Source: Candidatus Poseidoniaceae archaeon
GTDB lineage: Archaea; Thermoplasmatota; Poseidoniia; Poseidoniales; Poseidoniaceae
Reading direction: 5' to 3'
DNA length: 64,000 bases
Assembly: GCA_938075675.1 (NCBI GenBank)
Contig: CALJHE010000005.1
Span: 71,097 to 135,096, forward strand
Within the stretch, counting starts at the first letter, position 1, and each line of letters opens with the position of its first letter. Made by a program: the position numbers and the translations under genes. The notes beneath the pieces are model-generated. The model saw nothing but the letters and a program-made list of their open reading frames with translations, did no database searches and was not told where the DNA came from. Shown piece after piece: positions 55,188-63,438 of this stretch.

Positions 55188-57821
55188 TCACTCTTCTTCG
55201 CTTGAGAGGGCATGCTGTTGCCTCAGTGTGCCGTTTTTACTGATATCACCCAAAACAATCATTCCCATTCCAAACAGCATCGTCGTCCAGCCGAGCCACA
55301 CGAAATGAGATGCTGGCAAATCGTAAACGGTTACGCGTACAAGTTCGATGGAATCAGAACCGTTCTGAGCGGTTTGCTGCATCAAACCATTGGCTTGACT
55401 GCCGTCAAATATGAACACAATGTCTCCACTCCAGCGCGAAAGTGTATCGACTTCAGAGCGCGATTTAGATTGTAATACAAAGCCTGAATCGGTTGTTGTG
55501 TCAAAACGCATCATGCCGGGTTCAACAGAACCAATCTTGTCTCCAATTGCTCCGCCCTCAAGTTCGTAAACATCGATTTGAATTCCAACATATCCGTCGC
55601 CGACTTCAAGGTCCTCAGATGTCATACGCAATCCAGTAAATTCATACCCATAATCACCATGAATCACCGTCTCTCCTTTCACCATGGTAACTCGGTGACT
55701 GGCATCCCCACGATCAACAAGAACGGTTGTGTAAACATGGCCTACCAAAAGAAGGAGAAGACCAAGATGCACAATGTGCGCACCAAGCGGTATTCTACGC
55801 CACCACGGTTCTTTTGAGCGCTGGATACCTTGCGTAACCACGACTTCTTTCACCATGGGGACGATGACGAGAAGTACAATCGGCAAGGTGAGCCATGCAA
55901 GAACACCTCGGACAATGAGCGAAGACATTGCCGTACTGGAATCCATACCAAAGGCAGTAGGTTGCCACAGTGCAAAAACCACCGAGAGTACCAGGGTTAC
56001 AATCAGCAGGATAGCATTACGTTGAGCCTCATGACGTCGATTGGTGTACAAAAACATCGCTCCTGCGAGAGCCATGATAAACGGCGTCCCGTACAACTCA
56101 TGACCTTCAAAATGAATAGAATCGATGCTGGAAAGAAGCAGCACTAATGTCAAAATTAGATACGTTCCCACGACCAAAACCGACGACCACAATGCTATTT
56201 TTTGCTGGCTCTTGCGTTCAAAGAGAGAGAATTTGGAACTTCCTTCCTTTTCCGGTACCGCCAACCATGGAAGGATGAAGAAGAACATAATCAATGCAGC
56301 TGGGAACACTTCGATCATACCAGACCAAGCACCTGCAAGACCGAGGACAACGCCGCTGGAACCTACAGCCCATTCTTTAGAAGCGTCTACAGAGTAAAAC
56401 AGTGGGGTAAAGAGCACCAAAAAGAATGCAGTGTACAGGAAATTATCTGTCGAGCCAAAAATCAGAACAGCAATCCCGATCAACAGAGGGAACTGTAGGT
56501 ACGAACGGTCGTTTTGCTCACTTGAAAAGAGTCCAGAGAAACTCCACCCTTCACCAGCATGTGTGGTTTTCGACGATGAACTCAATGTTTCAACGGCCAA
56601 CGGAGCCAGGAGAACGGAGGCGAAAACGATGCTTGGAGTATACGCATAGAGAGTCGGCTCGAACGATGAGGGGCATGCAGAAAGTATTGTTGAGTCACAG
56701 GTTTGTTCGATGTATGCGCGCATTGCCAGCGCACTTATCACGCCGAAAATCGGTAGTGCAAAGAGCCACTGAGAACGAGGAGAAGGTTTCCATTGAACCG
56801 ATGAGTGGCGTTGAAGTTGCAGCCAAAAACCCATCAAGAGGAGAAGTACGATGAGGTAAGTCATGACTTCGACGCCCGCTGTTGAATCGTTCTTGAGAAC
56901 CAGCATTCTGGAAAAGGCATCTGTTGGAGGACTTCCGTCAGAATTGGTCACAAAGGTATGTACCGATGAAGCCCATACACCTCCAGCGCGAGTTACCAGC
57001 GTTGCGAACAATGCAAGACCACCCGCAGCCAGTCCTGCACCAATCCATGTGGTATCGGAGGTTTTCCCCGGTCGAGTTCTCAAATGCGACATCAGCACGA
57101 GGGCGAGCCAAGGCAGCAATGAACCAGTCTCAACCGGGTCCCAAGCCCAATAACCGCCCCAGTCAAGGATGAGGTAAGCCCATAGACCACCTAACCCGAT
57201 GCCAAGTGTAGATACAAATAAGCCGGGCCGGACAATGTGAAGCATGCGTTGTTTGATACCGTCAGAATTTCCGAACATCGATGAAAGAGCGACTGCACTG
57301 ATGTGTAAACACAGCGAATAGGCAAGGAAAATCAAGGGAGGGTGTATGACCATAAGGTCCGTTTGCAGGAGTTCGTTGAGTCCCTGGCCGACACCGTTGC
57401 CAGTACTGGCCTTGAACGGATCTAAGTTCCAAGCTAAAAGCAACAAGAGGAGATTGAAACCGTACACCAAGCGGAGCCTTGTAGAATGCGTAAACTCATC
57501 AGCCTCACCTGGCATTCGCTTGCGCCAAACAAACGCTAGAACAGTCATCCACATCACCCACAATAGAAGCGGCCCTTCACGAGCAGCCCACGTGGCTGCA
57601 AATCTGTATTTGAGCGGAAGTGCTTCACCACCGTAAGACACCACATGTGCATACGATGTATCGTTTGCAAGGAAGCGGCTAGCGAGGGCAAAGAACGGCA
57701 AAGCCATCAAGAAGTGACATGCCAGAGAACCTGCTTTGGTTTGTTGATGCAGGAACGGTCGCAGCAACAAAATTGCAGCAGCCAGCAAAGCCAGCCACAT
57801 CGTCACACCCCACATGGGCAT
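55188..57821 (-). CDS. ccmF: Cytochrome c-type biogenesis protein CcmF-like heme lyase (WWD domain) with a C-terminal soluble extension
   Basis: LWAYLILDWGGYWAWDPVETGSLLPWL is the Trp-rich WWD heme-handling motif. About 15 TM helices. 877 aa. Confidence 0.6.
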   Translation of the reverse strand: MPMWGVTMWLALLAAAILLLRPFLHQQTKAGSLACHFLMALPFFALASRFLANDTSYAHVVSYGGEALPLKYRFAATWAAREGPLLLWVMWMTVLAFVWRKRMPGEADEFTHSTRLRLVYGFNLLLLLLAWNLDPFKASTGNGVGQGLNELLQTDLMVIHPPLIFLAYSLCLHISAVALSSMFGNSDGIKQRMLHIVRPGLFVSTLGIGLGGLWAYLILDWGGYWAWDPVETGSLLPWLALVLMSHLRTRPGKTSDTTWIGAGLAAGGLALFATLVTRAGGVWASSVHTFVTNSDGSPPTDAFSRMLVLKNDSTAGVEVMTYLIVLLLLMGFWLQLQRHSSVQWKPSPRSQWLFALPIFGVISALAMRAYIEQTCDSTILSACPSSFEPTLYAYTPSIVFASVLLAPLAVETLSSSSKTTHAGEGWSFSGLFSSEQNDRSYLQFPLLIGIAVLIFGSTDNFLYTAFFLVLFTPLFYSVDASKEWAVGSSGVVLGLAGAWSGMIEVFPAALIMFFFILPWLAVPEKEGSSKFSLFERKSQQKIALWSSVLVVGTYLILTLVLLLSSIDSIHFEGHELYGTPFIMALAGAMFLYTNRRHEAQRNAILLIVTLVLSVVFALWQPTAFGMDSSTAMSSLIVRGVLAWLTLPIVLLVIVPMVKEVVVTQGIQRSKEPWWRRIPLGAHIVHLGLLLLLVGHVYTTVLVDRGDASHRVTMVKGETVIHGDYGYEFTGLRMTSEDLEVGDGYVGIQIDVYELEGGAIGDKIGSVEPGMMRFDTTTDSGFVLQSKSRSEVDTLSRWSGDIVFIFDGSQANGLMQQTAQNGSDSIELVRVTVYDLPASHFVWLGWTTMLFGMGMIVLGDISKNGTLRQQHALSSEEE

Positions 57822-57876
57822 TGCTCGTGATGCTCCTTCAAGGAGGTTGCGCGATAACTGGTGAGATTAAACGAAC

Positions 57877-59118
57877 TTACCAACCAAAGAACTTCGCTCT
57901 CGAATATCCGAACGAGAGCAAAACATGAATGACGCTCTTGGTAAACAACATTGGCTTACGGACAAGGATTTTGAGACCTATGCCTAGCTTCTGCAAGGGC
58001 GACATGTTACCGAGTTCTTCAGGCAAACATCGAGCCATAATAGACATTTCATCGTCGCTGAGTTCGTACAGCGCAGTCTTCCCTTTGAGAATTTTAGAAT
58101 ACGGAGGGAAGGCTTTCTTCCATTCATTCTCATACTTCATCAGATGTTGTTTGGAGAGGACAGCATCCGATTTTAGAACCGATGCAATCGTTTGAGCAGC
58201 TTGTCGACCAGACCACAAGGCGAGATGCGAACCTCCTTCAAACAGAGGCGATGTAAATCCAGCAGCGTCCCCGACCAAAATCAGACCGTCACCAACAGTA
58301 ACAGAGCGTGGACCAGAGATTGGTATTGTACCTCCAAACGGCCGAACTTTGATTCCTTCAGCCCGCCAAGGAGGGTTTACGGTTGGTTTACCATCAAGGT
58401 ATGTGTCTTCAATAAAGGAGTTGAGGTATTTGATAGCGCCTTTTTTATCGGTCGTAACCAATCCGACGTTCGCTCTTCCGCCCTTCTTTGGAATCATCCA
58501 AACATAGCCATGTGGAGAATATTTTGGCCAGAGATAGAAATCGAGATAACCATCGTTCTCAACATCGAGTACTTCGTATTGGAAACCAGCGATGACTTCT
58601 ACTTCAGTGCCCATATCAAGGAGTTTCGATGCTGCACCGGAAACTCCAGAGGCGTCGATTACAGATTTGCATTGCAACGGGAATTGTTCACCTTTTCCGC
58701 CTATTTCCCAATAGGAGAATTCATTTTCGCTGTTGAAAACTCGTTCCATGGAAGTCACTCGATGATGGAGATGCAGTTCCGCTCCTTCCTTGATGGCCTC
58801 ATCGCACAACCAGCGCTCGAAGAGGTGCTTTTCCAGCACATATCCTTTCTCCGTCAGGAGCTTCTCCGTCCCGTCAGGAAAGATGACACGGATACCCTTT
58901 ACATCCAGTGCTTTGACGTGATCAGGTATTTCGAGGTCGAGATTGTCAACAGCAAGTTGACTCAAACATTCGCCGCAATGAACAGGGGTGCCAACTTCAG
59001 GGTCAGCCTCGACGATAAGCGTCGATAAACCAGCACGTGCAGCATGCAGTGCAGCAGAGCCGCCACCTGGACCTGCGCCGATTACCAAGACATCCAGCAT
59101 CTTCTCAGCCTCCGCCAT
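57877..59118 (-). CDS. Geranylgeranyl reductase family FAD-dependent oxidoreductase (digeranylgeranylglycerophospholipid reductase-like)
   Basis: LDVLVIGAGPGGGSAALHAARAGLSTLIVEAD ... PVHCGECLS is the characteristic GGR N-terminus. ATG near 59118/59100. Confidence 0.7.
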   Translation of the reverse strand: MAEAEKMLDVLVIGAGPGGGSAALHAARAGLSTLIVEADPEVGTPVHCGECLSQLAVDNLDLEIPDHVKALDVKGIRVIFPDGTEKLLTEKGYVLEKHLFERWLCDEAIKEGAELHLHHRVTSMERVFNSENEFSYWEIGGKGEQFPLQCKSVIDASGVSGAASKLLDMGTEVEVIAGFQYEVLDVENDGYLDFYLWPKYSPHGYVWMIPKKGGRANVGLVTTDKKGAIKYLNSFIEDTYLDGKPTVNPPWRAEGIKVRPFGGTIPISGPRSVTVGDGLILVGDAAGFTSPLFEGGSHLALWSGRQAAQTIASVLKSDAVLSKQHLMKYENEWKKAFPPYSKILKGKTALYELSDDEMSIMARCLPEELGNMSPLQKLGIGLKILVRKPMLFTKSVIHVLLSFGYSRAKFFGW

Positions 59119-59160
59119 GGACACCAAGTGAAGAATCAAGTCCATGAAGAAAACGGTCGT

Positions 59161-59628
59161 TCACTCTTCTGAAGGCCGACGCATTACCGCAACCACTGCA
59201 AGCAGACAAAGCGACGAAATTAACGAGACCGATGGTGTTTCCACGGTCTCAGGCTCTGGCTCATCTTCCACAACAACATCCGGTGCTGCTTCGACGGTCA
59301 CCGTTCCGACCATGCCGACTGATTCGTGCGGTTCGCAAACAAACTGATGCACCCCCGCCGTACCCTTTTCGAAAACAAATCGATAATCGACATCGCGTGC
59401 AGGTTCTCCTGAATCGAACAAGCCATCGTTTGCTACAGCGTTGTGTGGAAGGGCTTGTCCATTCCAAACGAATCGAACAGCTTGTCCTTCTTCGACTGTT
59501 ACTTCAGAAGGACTAAATCTCAAACTCGTGCTGTCAACTGTTACAATGACATCGTTCGCTGAACTTTGTGCAGTTGCTTGAGATGCGCTGCAAAGAAGCA
59601 AAAAAACCACAATCAGGAGGCGTTTCAT
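59161..59628 (-). CDS. Halocyanin-like type-1 (blue) copper protein with a signal peptide and a C-terminal hydrophobic anchor
   Basis: MKRLLIVVFLLLCSASQATA signal peptide. Copper ligands H..(ALPHNAV) and CEPHESVGM (Cys-x2-His-x4-Met). C-terminal LISSLCLLAVVAVMRR. ATG at 59628. Confidence 0.6.
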   Translation of the reverse strand: MKRLLIVVFLLLCSASQATAQSSANDVIVTVDSTSLRFSPSEVTVEEGQAVRFVWNGQALPHNAVANDGLFDSGEPARDVDYRFVFEKGTAGVHQFVCEPHESVGMVGTVTVEAAPDVVVEDEPEPETVETPSVSLISSLCLLAVVAVMRRPSEE

Positions 59629-59731
59629 GCACTGACACACTCGACTCAGGTTTTCAATGCATGTATTGCTGTCCATACCATTTTCTTGCCTGTGCGCAAA
59701 TACGACGGTTCAAAGAGTGGCTCTACTACGG

Positions 59732-61699
59732 ATGGTCGTGGCGTGGCGTACTTCCAAGCGGTGGCTCAACCACCTTGACCAACGCGGAGAGTTGTTGAAA
59801 ATTTCTCGACCGGTTGACGTACAGTTCGAAGCTGGCGCAATTGCGGATTTGCTGGTCAAGAATGACGGGCCGGCTGTTCTGTTTGAGCAACCGCGCCTCC
59901 CTGATGGTTCAATCAGCGAGATACCATTGGCTATGAATTTGTTTGGCGGCCAAGACCGTACACTTCGTGCACTCGGAGCAAGTCACGAAACTGAAATTGG
60001 CGATCGGATGGTTGCCATGATGAAGCCAGACATAGGACTCTACATGCGCAAGCCGTGGAAAGGCCTCCCGCTTGTCCGGGATGCGTTAGCAATGCCTCCA
60101 CGAAAGAAGCGTAAGGGGAACTGCCAGCGTGTGAAATTGCCTCTTGATTTGACGAAACTTCCTATCCCGACCACATGGCCAAAAGACGGTGGTCCGTTCG
60201 TTACCCTCCCCTTAGTTGTCACTAAGAACCCTAAAAATGGCGAGCACAATCTTGGCATGTATCGCGCTCAAGTGTTTGGGCCAAAGCAAATCGGGCTTCA
60301 CTGGCAAATCCACAAACATGCTGCTGACCATGCTGCAGCTGTCAAAGAAGCGGGCGGTGACGGTCGAATGCCTGTTGCGATTTGTATGGGTGGACCGCCA
60401 GAACTTATTTTCTCAGCTATTTCTCCATTACCAGACAATTTGAGTGAGTATCAATTCGCAGGAATTTTAGGTAGAAAGTCTCTCCCTATCACCAAAGCCC
60501 TGACGCAAGATTTGATGGTTCCTGCTGAAGCAGATATCGTCATTGAAGGCTACTGTATTCCTGGTGAAACTCGTCTTGAAGGGCCGTTTGGCGACCACTT
60601 CGGATTTTATTCCTTGACTGGACAATATCCAGTAATGCACGTTACAGCAATTACCTGTCGAAAGGATGCGGTCTTGGCTGCTACCATTGTCGGACTGCCT
60701 CCAATGGAAGACGGGCATTTGGGTGAAGCAATCGGACGTCAATTCTCACCTGTCCTCAATTTCCAACATCGAGATGTTAGCAGCGTCCATCTTCCAATGG
60801 AAACCGGTTTCCACAACCTCGCCATTGTATCTTCAAAACAACGCTATCCTCGGCAGGGAAGAAAAACAGCACTTGGTTTGCTTGGTGCAGGTCAAATGAT
60901 GTTCTTGAAAACGATGATAGCGGTTGATGAAGGTCAAAATCCGAAAAACTTGGAAGCACTGCTCGATGCATTGAATTCCAAAGTTGATATTGCAACCGAT
61001 GTGCTTGTTCTCGATGGAATGGTGGCTGATTCTTTGGAGGCTGCGAGCCCCTATGAAAACGTCCATAGTAAGTTACTGATTGATGCTACGACGCTTGCTC
61101 AGCGAGATCCACGCTCCTCAAACGACCCGTTGGAAGGTTCGTACAGTCAAGCAACACCTGAATGGCGTCAAGGGATTGGCAAAGCACCGGGATTCTCCGG
61201 AATTGAAGACGTTCTCAAACTCGAACATGTCGCTGATGCGAGAATGCTACGGGACAGCATCATGGTTGTAACGACTCATATCGAAAACTCACCAACTCCT
61301 CAAGATGGTCAAGATGAGTCAAATGATGAAGCGGAGGCAGCAAGGAGAGAGCGTATTTCTCAATTGAGAAAATCAATTTGGCAATTGGATAAATCGTCTT
61401 CACTGCGGTGGCTTTTTATCACCAATGATGACTTGGACTTACACTGTGAAAAAGCACGACGTCGTCTCTTGTGGCAACTCACCTCTCGATTTGATGTTGG
61501 ACGCGGGCTCACGTTTGACGAAAACAAAGAACGGCTCTGCTGGGATGCCACTACACCAATCCCCTCCGAAGAACACGGCGTACGCAGATGGCCATCGATT
61601 ACTCTGCATTCCCCCGAGACATTGGAAAAAGTGGCGCAACATCCTGAATTAGAATCATATGAGTGGCCCCCCCACCTCTCCTTTGGGGGAACGCGGTAA
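59732..61699 (+). CDS. UbiD-family (prenylated-FMN dependent) decarboxylase with an approximately 190-aa C-terminal extension
   Basis: UbiD-like N-terminus LDQRGELLKISRPVDVQFEAGAIADL and conserved core. 656 aa from the ATG at 59732. Confidence 0.55.
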   Translation: MVVAWRTSKRWLNHLDQRGELLKISRPVDVQFEAGAIADLLVKNDGPAVLFEQPRLPDGSISEIPLAMNLFGGQDRTLRALGASHETEIGDRMVAMMKPDIGLYMRKPWKGLPLVRDALAMPPRKKRKGNCQRVKLPLDLTKLPIPTTWPKDGGPFVTLPLVVTKNPKNGEHNLGMYRAQVFGPKQIGLHWQIHKHAADHAAAVKEAGGDGRMPVAICMGGPPELIFSAISPLPDNLSEYQFAGILGRKSLPITKALTQDLMVPAEADIVIEGYCIPGETRLEGPFGDHFGFYSLTGQYPVMHVTAITCRKDAVLAATIVGLPPMEDGHLGEAIGRQFSPVLNFQHRDVSSVHLPMETGFHNLAIVSSKQRYPRQGRKTALGLLGAGQMMFLKTMIAVDEGQNPKNLEALLDALNSKVDIATDVLVLDGMVADSLEAASPYENVHSKLLIDATTLAQRDPRSSNDPLEGSYSQATPEWRQGIGKAPGFSGIEDVLKLEHVADARMLRDSIMVVTTHIENSPTPQDGQDESNDEAEAARRERISQLRKSIWQLDKSSSLRWLFITNDDLDLHCEKARRRLLWQLTSRFDVGRGLTFDENKERLCWDATTPIPSEEHGVRRWPSITLHSPETLEKVAQHPELESYEWPPHLSFGGTR

Positions 61700-62619
61700 T
61701 GGATGCGAAACAAATCCTGTCCTTCATTAAAATCGAACACACCTTGTTCTCTCTCCCCTTTGTTCTGGTTGGGTATTTTATTGCCATTGAGCAGTTCAAC
61801 ATATCGCCGGGTATTGACTTACTCTGGATTCTTCTCGCTGCAGTGGGTGCACGTGGCCTGGCAATGGCTCTCAATCGAATCATTGACCGAGATATTGATG
61901 CAGCAAATCCTCGAACGAAAGACCGTCATCTTGCATCCGGAGCAATGAGTCTGCGCACCGCTTGGGCGCTTTCGGCTTTTTTCTTGTTCATGCTCCTTGT
62001 GAGCGCTGGATTACTCAACCGAGTTGCACTGATGATGTCATGGCTACCTGTTCTTGTCTTCGTGATCTACCCCTACATGAAAAGATACACCTGGCTGTGC
62101 CATTTCTGGCTTGGACTATGCCTGGGTCTTGCCCCTGCAGGTGCTTGGGCAGCAATGGCAGCAGACGTGCATGGATGGGCTGCCATAACAGGAATGTTCG
62201 AATCTGAAACCGAATTTTTGTGGTCAGCAACAATCCTACCCATTTCTGTAGGCGTTGCGTTGTGGATCGCTGCTTTTGACATCAATTATGCTCGCATGGA
62301 TGTCGAGAACGACCGCAACAGTGGCATACACTCATTCCCATCTCGATTCGGTGAAGAACTAACAACACGTGCTACGGTTCAGTTGACACTTGTTTGGTTT
62401 GCATGTTTTGCTGTCTCCAACCCAATGGACGGGATTTGGTTTCTTACTGCTGCTGGATTGATGGCAGGATTGAACATTTGGGTCGTCTTAGCAAAAGACA
62501 AGTTTGAAGACTTCCAAACGGTCTTATTCCGAGCCTCAATGTTGACTGGATGGATGCTATTGTTTGCACTCATCATCGGTTTCATGCTGGAGCCAAACTC
62601 TGAATGGACGTTGGACTGA
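61699..62619 (+). CDS. UbiA-family aromatic prenyltransferase (4-hydroxybenzoate polyprenyltransferase / MenA-like)
   Basis: NRIIDRDIDAANPRT (NxxxDxxxD) and a second Asp-rich motif DINYARMDVEND. 9 TM. The ATG overlaps the UbiD stop in a TAATG arrangement. Confidence 0.65.
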   Translation: MDAKQILSFIKIEHTLFSLPFVLVGYFIAIEQFNISPGIDLLWILLAAVGARGLAMALNRIIDRDIDAANPRTKDRHLASGAMSLRTAWALSAFFLFMLLVSAGLLNRVALMMSWLPVLVFVIYPYMKRYTWLCHFWLGLCLGLAPAGAWAAMAADVHGWAAITGMFESETEFLWSATILPISVGVALWIAAFDINYARMDVENDRNSGIHSFPSRFGEELTTRATVQLTLVWFACFAVSNPMDGIWFLTAAGLMAGLNIWVVLAKDKFEDFQTVLFRASMLTGWMLLFALIIGFMLEPNSEWTLD

Positions 62620-62705
62620 AAGACTCTCATCTGGATGCTGGTCGGTTCTTTAGACCACACTTCACCTATGGAAAGTTGATGTGCCTCAAACGTCCACGTT
62701 GATTC

Positions 62706-63089
62706 ATGAACCCACTTGTGAAATCTCTGCTTGAATTCAACGAAGCCTTTGAAATCCCAAAACTCGAATCCCCTGGACTTGGAACAGATGAAATGATTGA
62801 ACTGCGAATCAAATTACTTCGCGAGGAAGTAGAAGAATACGCAGAGGCTGCTCGGGCAGGTGATATGGTAGAGGTTCTCGATGCACTTGCAGACATTGGA
62901 TACATCCTTGCAGGAACAATCATCAATCACGGCATGCAGAATATCTATGATGATGCATTCAATGAAGTTCACCGCTCGAATATGGCGAAACTCGTCGATG
63001 GAAAAGTCATTCGTCGTGAAGATGGGAAAGTGCTGAAGCCAGAAGGGTGGCAACCCCCTCAACTGGCACAGTTTCTCACCGATGAGTGA
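62706..63089 (+). CDS. MazG-like nucleoside triphosphate pyrophosphohydrolase (all-alpha NTP-PPase)
   Basis: ELRIKLLREEVEEYAEA....EVLDALADIGYIL, an EExxE...D motif arrangement. 127 aa. Confidence 0.5.
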   Translation: MNPLVKSLLEFNEAFEIPKLESPGLGTDEMIELRIKLLREEVEEYAEAARAGDMVEVLDALADIGYILAGTIINHGMQNIYDDAFNEVHRSNMAKLVDGKVIRREDGKVLKPEGWQPPQLAQFLTDE

Positions 63090-63138
63090 TAGATCTTTGA
63101 ATCGCTGGGAATAGGAACGACGGACATAGAGGTGATGA

Positions 63139-63435
63139 TTGATGGATGAACATCCTCCACTGATAGGTACGCCATTCCAACTTTTGGTTTGGAAGGCCCT
63201 GAAAGAGATTCCGAGAGGAGAAGTTCGAACATACAAACAACTCGCCGCCCAGATTGGACGGCCTCAATCCATTCGGGCGGTGGCAAATGCTTGCGGAAAA
63301 AATCCGTACATCGTGAAAATACCTTGCCACCGGGTCATCCGCTCCGACGGAGGACTAGGAGGCTATAGCGGAGCAGGCGGGATTGAGCAGAAACGTCGGC
63401 TGCTCAAACAAGAAGGCGTCATTATTCCCATTTGA
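63139..63435 (+). CDS. Methylated-DNA-protein-cysteine methyltransferase DNA-binding/active-site domain protein (stand-alone 98 aa; Ogt C-terminal domain)
   Basis: PCHRVIRSDGGLGGYSGAG active-site motif with Cys. An HTH region VRTYKQLAAQIGRP. Confidence 0.6.
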   Translation: MMDEHPPLIGTPFQLLVWKALKEIPRGEVRTYKQLAAQIGRPQSIRAVANACGKNPYIVKIPCHRVIRSDGGLGGYSGAGGIEQKRRLLKQEGVIIPI

Positions 63436-63438
63436 CGA

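Noticed and set aside
59657-59731. ORF-track start of UbiD at 59657 (MHVLLSIPF...)
   Set aside because: The extension overlaps the halocyanin promoter/start region on the opposite strand. The UbiD-like N-terminus begins near the ATG at 59732.
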